Source of the DNA: Arcicella sp.
GTDB taxonomy: Bacteria; Bacteroidota; Bacteroidia; Cytophagales; Spirosomataceae
Direction: 5' to 3'
DNA length: 64,000 nucleotides
Assembly: GCA_034519515.1 (NCBI GenBank)
Contig: JAXHOK010000068.1
Span: 219,421-283,420, forward strand
Part shown: positions 40,147 to 49,588 of the stretch, one piece after another
How the letters are laid out: each line of letters starts with the position of its first letter
Numbering within the stretch: the first letter of the stretch is position 1
Made by a program: the position numbers and the translations under genes
The notes under the pieces: model-generated
What the model saw: only the letters and a program-made list of their open reading frames with translations
Databases searched by the model: none
Told to the model about the DNA's origin: nothing

Positions 40147-40209
40147 AATCTGCGTAAATCTGCGTTGCGAAGCATCGCTGCGGCGAACCGTCTGCGGTAT
40201 CTGCGTGCC
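40147..40209. repeat. ATCTGCG short repeat with a 25-bp GC-rich insert
   Basis: AATCTGCGT x2, insert at 40166-40190, then TCTGCG x2. Confidence 0.6.
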
Positions 40210-40217
40210 ATTCAAAT

Positions 40218-40625
40218 ATGCTCGAAATCAAACAAATACATCCTTCCGAAACTTGGGGAATCCGCCATCGAGTAATGTGGGCAAATAAACCTTTTGAGGG
40301 TGTAAAATTGCTAAATGATGATTCTGGACTACATTTTGGGCTTTTCAGAGACAATGTTTTGCTTTCAGTTGTTTCTCTTTTTATAGAAAATGATACGGCT
40401 CAATTCAGAAAGTTTGCTACTGAAATTGAAGAGCAGGGGAGGGGCTATGGAGCAAAACTATTGGAACATATCATCCAAGAATCCATCAAATTGAACGTCG
40501 AGAGCTTTTGGTGCAATGCCCGAACCTCGGCGAGTGGATTTTATGAAAAATTTGGCTTAGCAATCGTTTCTGACACTTGGGTAAAAGATGGGATTGAATA
40601 TGTGAAAATGGAGAGAAACTTTTAA
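40218..40625 (+). CDS. GNAT family N-acetyltransferase
   Basis: QFRKFAT...QGRGYG...WCNAR...FYEKFG. Confidence 0.92.
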   Translation: MLEIKQIHPSETWGIRHRVMWANKPFEGVKLLNDDSGLHFGLFRDNVLLSVVSLFIENDTAQFRKFATEIEEQGRGYGAKLLEHIIQESIKLNVESFWCNARTSASGFYEKFGLAIVSDTWVKDGIEYVKMERNF

Positions 40626-40789
40626 GAAGCCGTTTTAAAATATATTCTGAATAAAGTCTGATTGTATTTTTTGAGTAGTGGAATCATATTTTTTTAAGGA
40701 ATATACAGCGTATCTTGTGTAAAAAATATGGTTTCGATAGTCAGAATAAGACAATCAGAATTTATCGTAAGATATTTTAAAACAGCTTC
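40626..40789. mobile_element. 164-bp MITE with 18-bp terminal inverted repeats and TAA target duplication
   Basis: GAAGCCGTTTTAAAATAT ... ATATTTTAAAACAGCTTC (1 mismatch); TAA at 40623-40625 and 40790-40792. Confidence 0.8.
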
Positions 40790-40882
40790 TAAGACTGGAA
40801 ACATCTCAAAAGTTTTTTTACCCGCAATGGATATTGTTTTAAGAAGTTCTTTAAAAAGATATAAGTAAATGTTTTAATTTTA

Positions 40883-41472
40883 GAAAGGGGAAGGGGGGGG
40901 GGGGGAGGGGAGGAGGGGGAAGGAGGGAACACGAAAAGGAGAGGGAAAAAAGAGGAGAAAGAAGAGAAATAAGGAAGGAGGAGGGGGAAAAAAAGAAATA
41001 GGGAAAAAGGAGAATTAGGAAAGGAGAAGAAAAAAAAAGAAAAAAGAAGGTATATAAAAACAGAGAAGAGACGAATATCCGAAAAAAAGGAAGAGAAAAA
41101 GGGCGAATGAATAGAGGGGAATAGCTGGGGAAGAGGAAGGAAAAAAGGATAGAATTCAAAGGGGATGAGTAAGGGGATTGGGAGTAATAAAAAATAAAAA
41201 AAAGCAGAGGAATAAAAATGGGGAAAAGGAGAATAGGGGAGGATATCAGGGGGATATAAGCAAGAGAATCTGAAGGGGATGGAAAGAGAGGGCTCAGACA
41301 AAGAAAAGATAGCAAGACATGAAGGGGGGAATAGGGAAAAAACTAAGGGAGAAAAAATAGAGAAGAGAAATAAGAGGTATGAAAAATATCAAGAATAGGG
41401 GGAATAAAACAAAAGAGCAGAAAAACTGGAAAAAAAAGAAAAAAATATGAAAAAAAAAAAACAAAAAAAAAA
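40883..41472. other. purine-only low-complexity tract, probably corrupted sequence
   Basis: About 590 bp almost entirely A/G on the + strand with long G and A runs and no periodic unit. Confidence 0.7.
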
Positions 41473-41491
41473 CATAAATCCTTACTCAAAA

Positions 41492-42001
41492 ATGAAACTT
41501 TCCCTCATCGTAGCCGTTGCCGAAAACGGTGTTATCGGACATAATAATCAGCTAATTTGGCATTTACCCAATGATTTAAAGCAATTCAAACGCCTCACTA
41601 CGGGGCATTGTATCATCATGGGGCGTAAAACTTTTGAATCCATCGGTAAACCCCTACCCAACCGAACTTCTATCATCATTTCTCGGAACTTAGATTTTCA
41701 AGTAGAAGGCTGTATCACGGTCAGTTCCTTGGAAAATGCCATTTCAGAAGCCGAAAAGATAGAAACCGAAGAGGCTTTCATCATTGGCGGGGCAGAAATT
41801 TATCGTTTAGCTTTACCCGTCGTTGATAAAATATATCTGACGGAAGTACATCACGCTTACGAAGGCGATACTTTTTTCCCAGTAATTGATAAAAATATTT
41901 GGCAAGAAACGCATCGTGAAAATTTTGAAATAGACGAAAAACATTCCGTTAAATATTCTTTTGTGGAAATGGAGCGGGGAGCTTTGAGCAGTGAGGTGTG
42001 A
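41492..42001 (+). CDS. folA: dihydrofolate reductase
   Basis: LIVAVAENGVIG, WHLPNDL, IMGRKTFESIGKPLPNR, IIGGAEIY, GDTFFP; start reset to ATG 41492. Confidence 0.96.
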   Translation: MKLSLIVAVAENGVIGHNNQLIWHLPNDLKQFKRLTTGHCIIMGRKTFESIGKPLPNRTSIIISRNLDFQVEGCITVSSLENAISEAEKIETEEAFIIGGAEIYRLALPVVDKIYLTEVHHAYEGDTFFPVIDKNIWQETHRENFEIDEKHSVKYSFVEMERGALSSEV

Positions 42002-42065
42002 GCAGTGAAAAAAATAGCTCAAATCTCATTGCCCACAGCTCACACCTCAACACTCAAAGCTAAAA
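41979..42065. repeat. inverted heptamer arrays (GTGAGCA / GCTCACA) at the folA-moaE junction
   Basis: GAGCTTT GAGCAGT GAGGTGT GAGCAGT ... GCCCACA GCTCACA CCTCAAC ACTCAAA GCT. Confidence 0.7.
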
Positions 42066-42067
42066 CA

Positions 42068-42478
42068 ATGATACAAATATCCGCTCAACCTATTGATATT
42101 CAGGCTTGTATAGATGCTGCCCAGTCTGAGCGTGCAGGGGCAATTGATGTTTTTGTGGGAACAGTTCGCAACCATAATAATTCCAAAGGAGTCGTCAGAT
42201 TAGAATTTGAAACGTATGATGTGATGGCGGTGAAAAAGATGGAAGAACTCGCAAATCAAGCTCGTGAGCGTTGGGAAATTGAAAAAATCGTGATGATTCA
42301 CCGCAAGGGCGTACTTGAAATTGGCGATGTGGCAGTAGTGATTGCTGTTTCCACACCCCACCGAGCGGCATCATTCGAGGCTTGCCAATGGTTGATTGAT
42401 ACGCTCAAACAGGTTGTACCCATCTGGAAAAAAGAAATTTATGAAAACGGCGAAGAGTGGTTGGAAGCTCACGCTTAA
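42068..42478 (+). CDS. moaE: molybdopterin synthase catalytic subunit
   Basis: GAIDVFVGTVRN, HRKG, HRAASF, LKQVVPIWKKE; start reset to ATG 42068. Confidence 0.93.
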   Translation: MIQISAQPIDIQACIDAAQSERAGAIDVFVGTVRNHNNSKGVVRLEFETYDVMAVKKMEELANQARERWEIEKIVMIHRKGVLEIGDVAVVIAVSTPHRAASFEACQWLIDTLKQVVPIWKKEIYENGEEWLEAHA

Positions 42479-42489
42479 ATAACTGAAAC

Positions 42490-43629
42490 ATGAACATTTG
42501 GCTTAAAGAAAATCTCAAGGGCGATTACCAAATCTGGACGGTAATTGCGGCACTTTCGCTCATTAGCGTTGTGGTGGTTTCCAGTGCTTCGGGCAAACTT
42601 GCGGTGCAGGGCGGGAGTATTATTTTTATGGTTCTCAAACATATTCTTTATATGAGTATTGGCTTGGGGGCAATGTGGCTTTTTCACAAAATGGACTATC
42701 ACCGTTTGGCTTCATTTTCAAACATTGGCGTGTGGCTTTCCTTGGGTTTGTTGTTGTATGCCTTCAAATTTGAAGAAGGGCATAATCACGCCAATCGCTG
42801 GATTCACGTGGGAAGTATGACTTTTATGCCTTCTGATATTGCCAAATTATCACTCATTACCAACTTGGCGTTTATGTTAGCCAAACGTCAGCACTTGGAT
42901 TATACATTTGCCGATATGATTCCGATGATTTTCAAAATTATCATCATCAGCATCGCCATTGCTCTCACCAACGTTTCTACGGCACTTTTGCTCTTTGCCA
43001 CTTGCTTTCTGTTGATGTATATTGGGCGTGTTCCAGCTAAGTTTTTGGGAATAGCTTTGCTCGGAATTGTTTTTTCAGCGGCAATTTTAGTAATATCGGG
43101 CAAAGGAACTCGTATTGAAACTGCCCGTAATCGTATTGTCAATTTCTCAAAAAATTTTAGTGATAAAAAGGATAAAAAGAAGGCGGGGCAAAATGAGGAT
43201 TTTCAGATAAATAGGAGCTATTTTGCCATTGCTAACGGGGGAATCACAGGAAAAGGACCGGGAAAAAGCCAGCAAAGATATTTTTTGAGCGAATCCGAAT
43301 CCGACTTTATTTATGCCATCATCATTGAAGAATGGGGGCTAATTGGCGGAATGCTTGTGTTGTCGCTTTACCTCTGGCTTTTGTACAGAGGCATGAAAGC
43401 GGTGGACAGTTCGGGGCGAGCCTTCGGGGGATTATTGTCGGCGGGACTTACATTCAGTTTGGTTATTCAAGCGATGGTTCACATGGGCGTTGCCACGGGC
43501 TTGGGACCCGTCACTGGGCAACCCCTGCCATTGCTCAGTATGGGCGGAAGTTCCTTACTTTTCACGGGGGCAATGATTGGAATTATTATTTCCGTTAGTA
43601 AAGACAAAGTGCGGGATGCGGTTTTGTGA
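42490..43629 (+). CDS. ftsW: SEDS family peptidoglycan glycosyltransferase (FtsW-like)
   Basis: ANRWI, PSDIAK, SDFIYAIIIEEWG, PVTGQPLPLLSMGGSS. Confidence 0.8.
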   Translation: MNIWLKENLKGDYQIWTVIAALSLISVVVVSSASGKLAVQGGSIIFMVLKHILYMSIGLGAMWLFHKMDYHRLASFSNIGVWLSLGLLLYAFKFEEGHNHANRWIHVGSMTFMPSDIAKLSLITNLAFMLAKRQHLDYTFADMIPMIFKIIIISIAIALTNVSTALLLFATCFLLMYIGRVPAKFLGIALLGIVFSAAILVISGKGTRIETARNRIVNFSKNFSDKKDKKKAGQNEDFQINRSYFAIANGGITGKGPGKSQQRYFLSESESDFIYAIIIEEWGLIGGMLVLSLYLWLLYRGMKAVDSSGRAFGGLLSAGLTFSLVIQAMVHMGVATGLGPVTGQPLPLLSMGGSSLLFTGAMIGIIISVSKDKVRDAVL

Positions 43630-43871
43630 TTTGGGGTGAATTTTAGAGAATTTGACTTTACCATTTTTACGAATACACACAGCGGAAATTGGTTTTTGAT
43701 TCATCTAATCCTCGTTATTCTTTAGAATCGGAAAAGTGGACAATAAATCAAAAATCTGAAACCCAAAATCACTTGAGTATATCATGCTTAACATTGATGT
43801 TAAATATGTTTTAACATGGTGTCCAGCATAATATTGTACTTACTATCGTCGAAAGTATGGGAATTAAATTA

Positions 43872-44222
43872 TTACTTTTTCCGCCTAAATATATGCAAAA
43901 CAAACACCTTCCCATCTTTGCTTTCTTCATAAGTGTCGACCAAATCCCATCCATTTTTATCTAATAAATTAAAAAGCTCCACTCGACTTTTGAAAAACAT
44001 TGATTTTTTGTTGGCATCCGTTATTTCCTGTTCACGGTCGGATGTTCCTTGTCCGTAATCCAAAAAAGCAGAAAGACGAGTTGCCATCCAAGTTTTTTGA
44101 GCTTTCACAGTGATGTAATTAACGTTTTTAAGGGTATTTAAACTTTGCCCATTCACAAAAATTTGTTGTGCATTGATGTGATAGCCAAAAGCTACCAAAA
44201 GGATGATAAAGAATTTTCTCAT
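43872..44222 (-). CDS. hypothetical secreted protein
   Basis: Signal peptide MRKFFIILLVAFGYHINA-Q; LDYGQ and KNGWDLV motifs; the longer tracked start lies in a REP. Confidence 0.7.
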   Translation of the reverse strand: MRKFFIILLVAFGYHINAQQIFVNGQSLNTLKNVNYITVKAQKTWMATRLSAFLDYGQGTSDREQEITDANKKSMFFKSRVELFNLLDKNGWDLVDTYEESKDGKVFVLHIFRRKK

Positions 44223-44277
44223 TGGATTTGTTGGTTTTGCTACAAGGTAATATTTTATCAAGAAATTCGCAAATAAC

Positions 44278-44352
44278 GTAGCACGGCAATCTTTGCCGTG
44301 TGTTCCCGTCTGATACACGGCAAAGATTGCCGTGCTACGTTTGTCGTGCTAC
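44278..44352. repeat. GTAG-type REP doublet
   Basis: Perfect 23-bp inverted pair GTAGCACGGCAATCTTTGCCGTG / CACGGCAAAGATTGCCGTGCTAC plus a partial third arm. Confidence 0.9.
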
Positions 44353-44419
44353 ATATAGGTACAGGACGGTTTTAAAGAGCCTCAACAATTAGTTTTGCAT
44401 CATTACAAATAGAAAAAAT

Positions 44420-46538
44420 ATGAAGAATTATAAACACGTATCTTATCTCTGGGACGATGCCAAAGCCGCTCAAATCACCAACGAAGTAGATTTATTTATT
44501 TATCGCTCCAATCTCTTGGGAGCAGATCTCCGATTAACAAACTATGGAGGTGGCAATACTTCCGTAAAAATCATTGACAAAGACCCACTCACGGGTAATG
44601 ACGTGGAAGTGATGTGGATAAAAGGCTCGGGTGGCGACATCGGTACTTTAACTAAATCGGGCTGTGCGGCTTTGTATATGGAAAGGCTTTTGGCTCTGGA
44701 AAATGTCTATCAAGGCATTGAAAAAGAGGATATTATGGTCGAATTATTCAATCATTGTATTTTTGATTTAGCCTCAAAAGCCCCTTCGATTGATACGCCT
44801 TTGCACGGATTTCTTCCTTTCCAACACATCGACCACCTTCATCCAGATGCGGCCATTGCGATTGCAGCGGCAAAAGACGGAGCAAAAATTACCGAAGAAT
44901 TATTCAACGGAGAAATCGGTTGGGTAGGCTGGCAACGTCCAGGGTTCGATTTGGGTTTGCAACTCAGAACTTGCCTAAACGAAGCCGCCGCAAAAGGCAT
45001 CAAACTGAAAGGAATCATGTTGGGTTCGCACGGACTTTTCACTTGGGGAGATACTGCTTTTGAAAGCTACGTGAATACATTGGATGTTATCGAAAAATGT
45101 GCGGAATACCTTGAAAGTAATTATAAAAACGTTTTCGGAGGGCAAAAAATTGAATCTTTATCTTCGGAAGAAAGAAAGAAGAAAGCCGCTGAAATTGCTC
45201 CAACGTTGAGAGGATATTGTTCATCTGAACGCAATATGATTGGGCATTTTACGGATGATGAACGTGTCTTAGAGTTTATAAATTCTAATGATTTGGCGAA
45301 ACTTGCTCCCCTTGGAACGTCTTGCCCCGACCATTTTTTGAGAACTAAAATTGCTCCATTGGTGATTGAGCAAGGAAGACTTCGCTTTGAGCGAAGTCTT
45401 CCTTCGGAAGAAAGCAAGCAGTATTTAGAAGGCGTTTTTGCTGAATATAGAGACGGTTATAAGGCTTATTATGAGGCTTGTAAGAAACCGAATTCTCCCG
45501 CTATGCGTGACCCAAATCCTGTGGTGATTTTGTATCCAGGCGTGGGAATGTTCACCTTTGCGAAGGATAAAACAATGGCTCGTTTGGCTTCGGAATATTA
45601 CACTAATGCCATCAACGTAATGAAGGGAGCGGAAGCCATTTCGGAATATACTGCCCTTCCACGTCAGGAGGCTTTTGACATTGAATATTGGTTGTTGGAA
45701 GAAGCCAAATTACAGCGTATGCCCAAGCCAAAGTCTCTTTCGGGACGAGTAGCGATGGTTACAGGTTCGGCAGGTGGAATCGGTAAAGCAATTGCCAAGA
45801 AATTTGCCGAAGAAGGTGCTTGCGTGATTTTGAATGATATTAATGAAGAACGTTTGGCTTTGGCAAAAGAAGAATTTGTTAAGAAATTTGGGAAAGATTC
45901 TGTCGCCACTACATTATTGAATGTAACTGACATTCAGAGTATTAACTCGGCAATGGATGCTGCATCCTTGGCTTTTGGCGGTGTGGATATTATTGTGAAT
46001 AATGCAGGAATTAGTATCTCAAAAACCATCGAAAATCATAGTCTGGAAGATTGGGATAAATTGTATGATATTTTAGTGAAAGGGCAATTCTTTGTAACCC
46101 AAGCCGCAGTGGCAGTGATGAAAAAACAAGGAATTGGGGGAGACATTGTGAATATTGTCAGTAAAAATGCCGTTAGTTGCAGGGCCCAATAATGCGGGCT
46201 ATGGTTCGGCAAAAGCTGCTCAAGGCACATTTCACACGCTTAAATGGCGGCTGAATTAGGCGGTGATAAAATTAGAGTAAATACCGTAAACCCCGATGCC
46301 GTAATTGCTGACTCAAATATTTGGGCAGGTGGTTGGGCAGAAGGTCGTGCAAAAGCTTATGGCATTACAGTCGAGGAATTACCTGCTTACTACGCCAAAC
46401 GTACTTTATTGAACGAATCCATCCTGCCAGATGACATTGCCAATGCCTGTTTCGCCTTCGTGGGTGGGCTTTTGAGTAAATCTACGGGAAATGTCTTGAA
46501 CGTGGATGGTGGCGTGGCGATGGGCTTTTGTGCGGTAG
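44420..46538 (+). CDS. bifunctional rhamnulose-1-phosphate aldolase/short-chain dehydrogenase, with apparent 1-nt insertions near the 3' end
   Basis: NYGGGNTS, PSIDTPLH, CPDHFLRTK, EYWLLEEAKL, TGSAGGIG, NNAG; YGSAK and VDGG recovered across shifts at 46170-46245 and ~46527. Confidence 0.88.
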
Positions 46539-46542
46539 AAAC

Positions 46543-46580
46543 AAAAAAGGTTTTCCAAATACTATTTTGGAAAACCTTTT
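46543..46580. terminator. bidirectional terminator
   Basis: AAAAGGTTTTCCAAA / TTTGGAAAACCTTTT. Confidence 0.7.
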
Positions 46581-46726
46581 ACTTTACTTGTGATGGCACG
46601 AAGTTCTTCTCTCATTCTTATCACATCGGGAGAATTTATAGCTTTTTCATACTTCCCACTTAATGAGGGATCAAGGGTAAAATTTGAACGGTCTAATTGA
46701 AATAAAGATTTTAGTTTAGTTTCCGT
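46562..46726 (-). CDS. 54-aa partner of the DUF6934-like gene (ACG in place of ATG)
   Basis: (ACG)ETKLKSLFQLDRSNFTLDPSLSGKYEKAINSPDVIRMREELRAITSKVKGFPK*; overlaps the upstream stop. Confidence 0.5.
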   Translation of the reverse strand, partial: TETKLKSLFQLDRSNFTLDPSLSGKYEKAINSPDVIRMREELRAITSKVKGFPK

Positions 46727-47180
46727 GTTTTTTTGAAATTAAATATGCAAAATAATGTTTCTCAGGGTTAAAATACTCTTTTCCCAAGTCAAATGTCAAT
46801 CCTTCAACAATGTACGAATCATCAAGATTATTGAAAATTTTTGAAATAGTAGCTCTGTAAAGTCTGGTACTTGATTGCGTACTTCCTGTGAAAATAACAG
46901 AAGGTTTAGGATTTAGTTCAAGAAAAAACAATAAGGTTTGAATTACGGTGGATAAAATCACCTTCATGTCCTTATTATTACTTTTATCGACTGTATCAAT
47001 TTTGTTATCAGGTAAAAGATTCCCAAAAACTAATTGATAAGTATTTGGTAAAATGTCTGGCATTTCATCAAATAATGTACAAAACACTACTTTTCTAATA
47101 ACTTTATCCTCACTTATGCTGTCAAATTCGTACCAATATTCATCTGGTGCAAAATAAATTGGATATACTGGTTTTTCCAT
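46716..47180 (-). CDS. DUF6934-like protein
   Basis: YEFDSIS, YQLVFGN, SNNKDMKVILSTV, FTGST..TRLY. Confidence 0.7.
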   Translation of the reverse strand: MEKPVYPIYFAPDEYWYEFDSISEDKVIRKVVFCTLFDEMPDILPNTYQLVFGNLLPDNKIDTVDKSNNKDMKVILSTVIQTLLFFLELNPKPSVIFTGSTQSSTRLYRATISKIFNNLDDSYIVEGLTFDLGKEYFNPEKHYFAYLISKKHGN

Positions 47181-47202
47181 TTAACAAAAGCAACAATAAA
47201 TA

Positions 47203-48477
47203 ATGCAACTCCAAAAACAACATATAGACTCCCTCAACTCAGATTTGGTGGCATCTCATACTAAAAAATTAGACTTTATAAAATCAGAAATCCCTAACGC
47301 TGAGGCAATTATCAAACAATTGGTGGATTTTCAAATCGCTATTCCCTCATGGGCATTAGGTACGGGCGGCACTCGTTTTGGGCGTTTCCCAGGCGGGGGT
47401 GAGCCTCGAAGTTTGGAGGAAAAAATTGAAGATGTGGGCTTGCTTCATGCACTCAATCAGTCGTCGGGAGCAATCTCTTTGCATATTCCTTGGGATATTC
47501 CAACGGATGCTAATGCCATCAAAACGCTGGCGGCTCAACATAATTTGAAGTTTGATGCCGTTAATTCTAATACTTTCCAAGACCAAGCCAATCAAGCATT
47601 AAGTTATAAATTTGGCTCTTTGCAAAACGTCAATAAAGCCGTTCGCAAACAAGCCATTGACCATAATATTGAGGTAATCAAGCACGGAATCGAATTAGGT
47701 TCAGAATCCTTAACCGTTTGGTTATCAGATGGTTCGTGTTTTCCTGGACAATTAAATTTCAGAAAAGCATTTCAAAATACTTTGGAGGGTTTACAAGAAA
47801 TTTATGCTGCTCTGCCTTCAAACTGGAAAATGTTTGTGGAATACAAATGTGCCGAACCAAACTTCTATTCAACCACCGTTGGCGACTGGGGGCAATCACT
47901 TTTATACGCCAATAAATTAGGCGAAAAAGCCTATACTTTGGTCGATTTAGGGCATCATTTGCCTAACGCTAATATTGAGCAAATTGTAGCCTTATTGTTA
48001 ATGGAAGGAAAATTAGGTGGTTTTCATTTCAACGATTCAAAATATGGTGATGACGATTTGACGGCTGGGGCGATGAAACCCTATCAGTTATTCCTGATTT
48101 TCAATGAGTTAGTGGAAGGCATGAACGCCCGAGGCATGAACTACGCCAGAGATTTAGGCTGGATGATTGACGCTTCACACAACGTAAAAGACCCTTTGGA
48201 AGATCTGTTGCAGTCGGTTGAAGCCATTATGATGTCTTATGCCCAAGCCCTTTCGGTGGATAGAAAAGCATTGGAAGTTGCTCAAAATGAGAACGATACC
48301 GTTCGTTGTCAGGAGATTTTGCAGAATGCTTTCCGTACTGATGTTAGGGCGTTAGTAGCAGAGGCTCGCCTACGTGCGGGCGGTGCGTTGAATCCTTTGC
48401 AAGTATTTAGAAATCTGAAAGTTAGAGAAAAGCTAATTGGAGAAAGAGGCTCAAAGACGGTGGCTACGGGTTTGTAA
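47203..48477 (+). CDS. rhaI: L-rhamnose isomerase (xylose-isomerase-like TIM barrel)
   Basis: PSWALGTGGTRFGRF, LHIPWD, NSNTF, EYK..EP, VDLGHH, FHFND, YGDDDL; rhamnose context. Confidence 0.88.
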   Translation: MQLQKQHIDSLNSDLVASHTKKLDFIKSEIPNAEAIIKQLVDFQIAIPSWALGTGGTRFGRFPGGGEPRSLEEKIEDVGLLHALNQSSGAISLHIPWDIPTDANAIKTLAAQHNLKFDAVNSNTFQDQANQALSYKFGSLQNVNKAVRKQAIDHNIEVIKHGIELGSESLTVWLSDGSCFPGQLNFRKAFQNTLEGLQEIYAALPSNWKMFVEYKCAEPNFYSTTVGDWGQSLLYANKLGEKAYTLVDLGHHLPNANIEQIVALLLMEGKLGGFHFNDSKYGDDDLTAGAMKPYQLFLIFNELVEGMNARGMNYARDLGWMIDASHNVKDPLEDLLQSVEAIMMSYAQALSVDRKALEVAQNENDTVRCQEILQNAFRTDVRALVAEARLRAGGALNPLQVFRNLKVREKLIGERGSKTVATGL

Positions 48478-48523
48478 TGCTGTATTTTTTCTGTATTTTT
48501 GAGGTGAAATAAATAACAAAGTC

Positions 48524-48679
48524 ATGGAAGCAATCAAAAAAGAACTGACTGAAGAACAACGCCGCCAAAACAGAATGGCATTGGGCGAAAGAATGTTGGC
48601 AAGCAAGCGACAAATGCAGAAGGAAATGAGGGCAGCCTACAAGAGTGCCCCTTTCATAAAAGCATTATTGAAAATTTAA
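48524..48679 (+). CDS. small helical protein, module 1
   Basis: MEAIKKELTEEQRRQNRMALGERMLASKRQMQKEMRAAYKSAPFIKALLKI*; similar to the ORF at 49409. Confidence 0.55.
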   Translation: MEAIKKELTEEQRRQNRMALGERMLASKRQMQKEMRAAYKSAPFIKALLKI

Positions 48680-48688
48680 AGCAAACGA

Positions 48689-49396
48689 ATGCAAGTCTTT
48701 CATAACCAGCTTCTTAAATACGGAATTACATACGAAGGAGGAGAATATAATTCATATTTTTTCAAAACAGATAGCGGAATAATTTATGAAATCAAGTTCA
48801 AAGAATTCTTTTATCTTTTGATGAAAATGCCGTTTAGGAACTGAAAAACAATAAGTAGACGTTTTTTAAATGCCCTTTTTTGCACCACTCTACGTTGCGG
48901 AATGCCGCCCAGATTAAATCCTCATTTAGCGATGCTAAACTGCGGCGACCGTCGCACGGTTTTATCGCCTTGATTGGCACAAAAAATAACATTTAAAAAT
49001 TCATCCACTTATTATTTTCCCGTTCCTTATTCATATTCTACTTATGAATTTGCGATTGAAGTAGCGGATAATCCACTTCAAGGTCGTCCTCCGCTTGACG
49101 CTCGCATTCCAATTACAATCGCATCCATTTTTATAGATTTTTTTGAAAGATTTACAGAGCCTTTGGTAATTTATATTTGTGATTCTTCTGACTCAAAACA
49201 ACTGGCTCGACAGCGAAAATTCAATACTTGGTTCGCAGAATTTAAACGCCCTGAGTTCTTTAAAGTTGAAGCCAATCTTTTGGATAAAAATGGAAATCCC
49301 ATACCAAGTTCATTGATTTTGAAGCTCAGTAATCCGTTTTTTATGCAAATTATTGAAGAATTTAAAATGATTATTGAAGGGTATAGTAACAAGTAA
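48689..49396 (+). pseudogene. DUF6169-like gene, copy 1, interrupted at ~48820-48990
   Basis: N-terminus GGEYNSYFFKTDSGIIYEIKFK (from 48689) and C-terminus YEF...IYICDSSDSKQLARQRKFNTWF both align by eye with 49560-50072. Confidence 0.7.
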
Positions 49397-49408
49397 AATA
49401 ATAAAGTC

Positions 49409-49588
49409 ATGATTACAATAACAATGGAAACCAGTAGCCCAAAGGCTATTGCTCTTGCTCGAAGAATGATGGAAAGTAAAAAACTACTTCAACAAGAAAT
49501 TAAAGAAGATGCTAAATCGCCAGAGTTCTTAAAAATAATTAATCAGTTAATTTTACAAAATGAATCTCGAAGAAATACAGAAAAATAG
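49409..49588 (+). CDS. small helical protein, module 2
   Basis: MITITMETSSPKAIALARRMMESKKLLQQEIKEDAKSPEFLKIINQLILQNESRRNTEK*; overlaps the next gene. Confidence 0.6.
   Translation: MITITMETSSPKAIALARRMMESKKLLQQEIKEDAKSPEFLKIINQLILQNESRRNTEK

Noticed and set aside
40789-41491. Phe/Ser/Pro-rich ORFs and the Lys-rich N-terminal extension of FolA
   Set aside because: Products of the purine-only tract
46244-46663. Separate 139-aa gene
   Set aside because: It is the C-terminus of the aldolase/dehydrogenase, extended by a frameshift past the real stop at 46538
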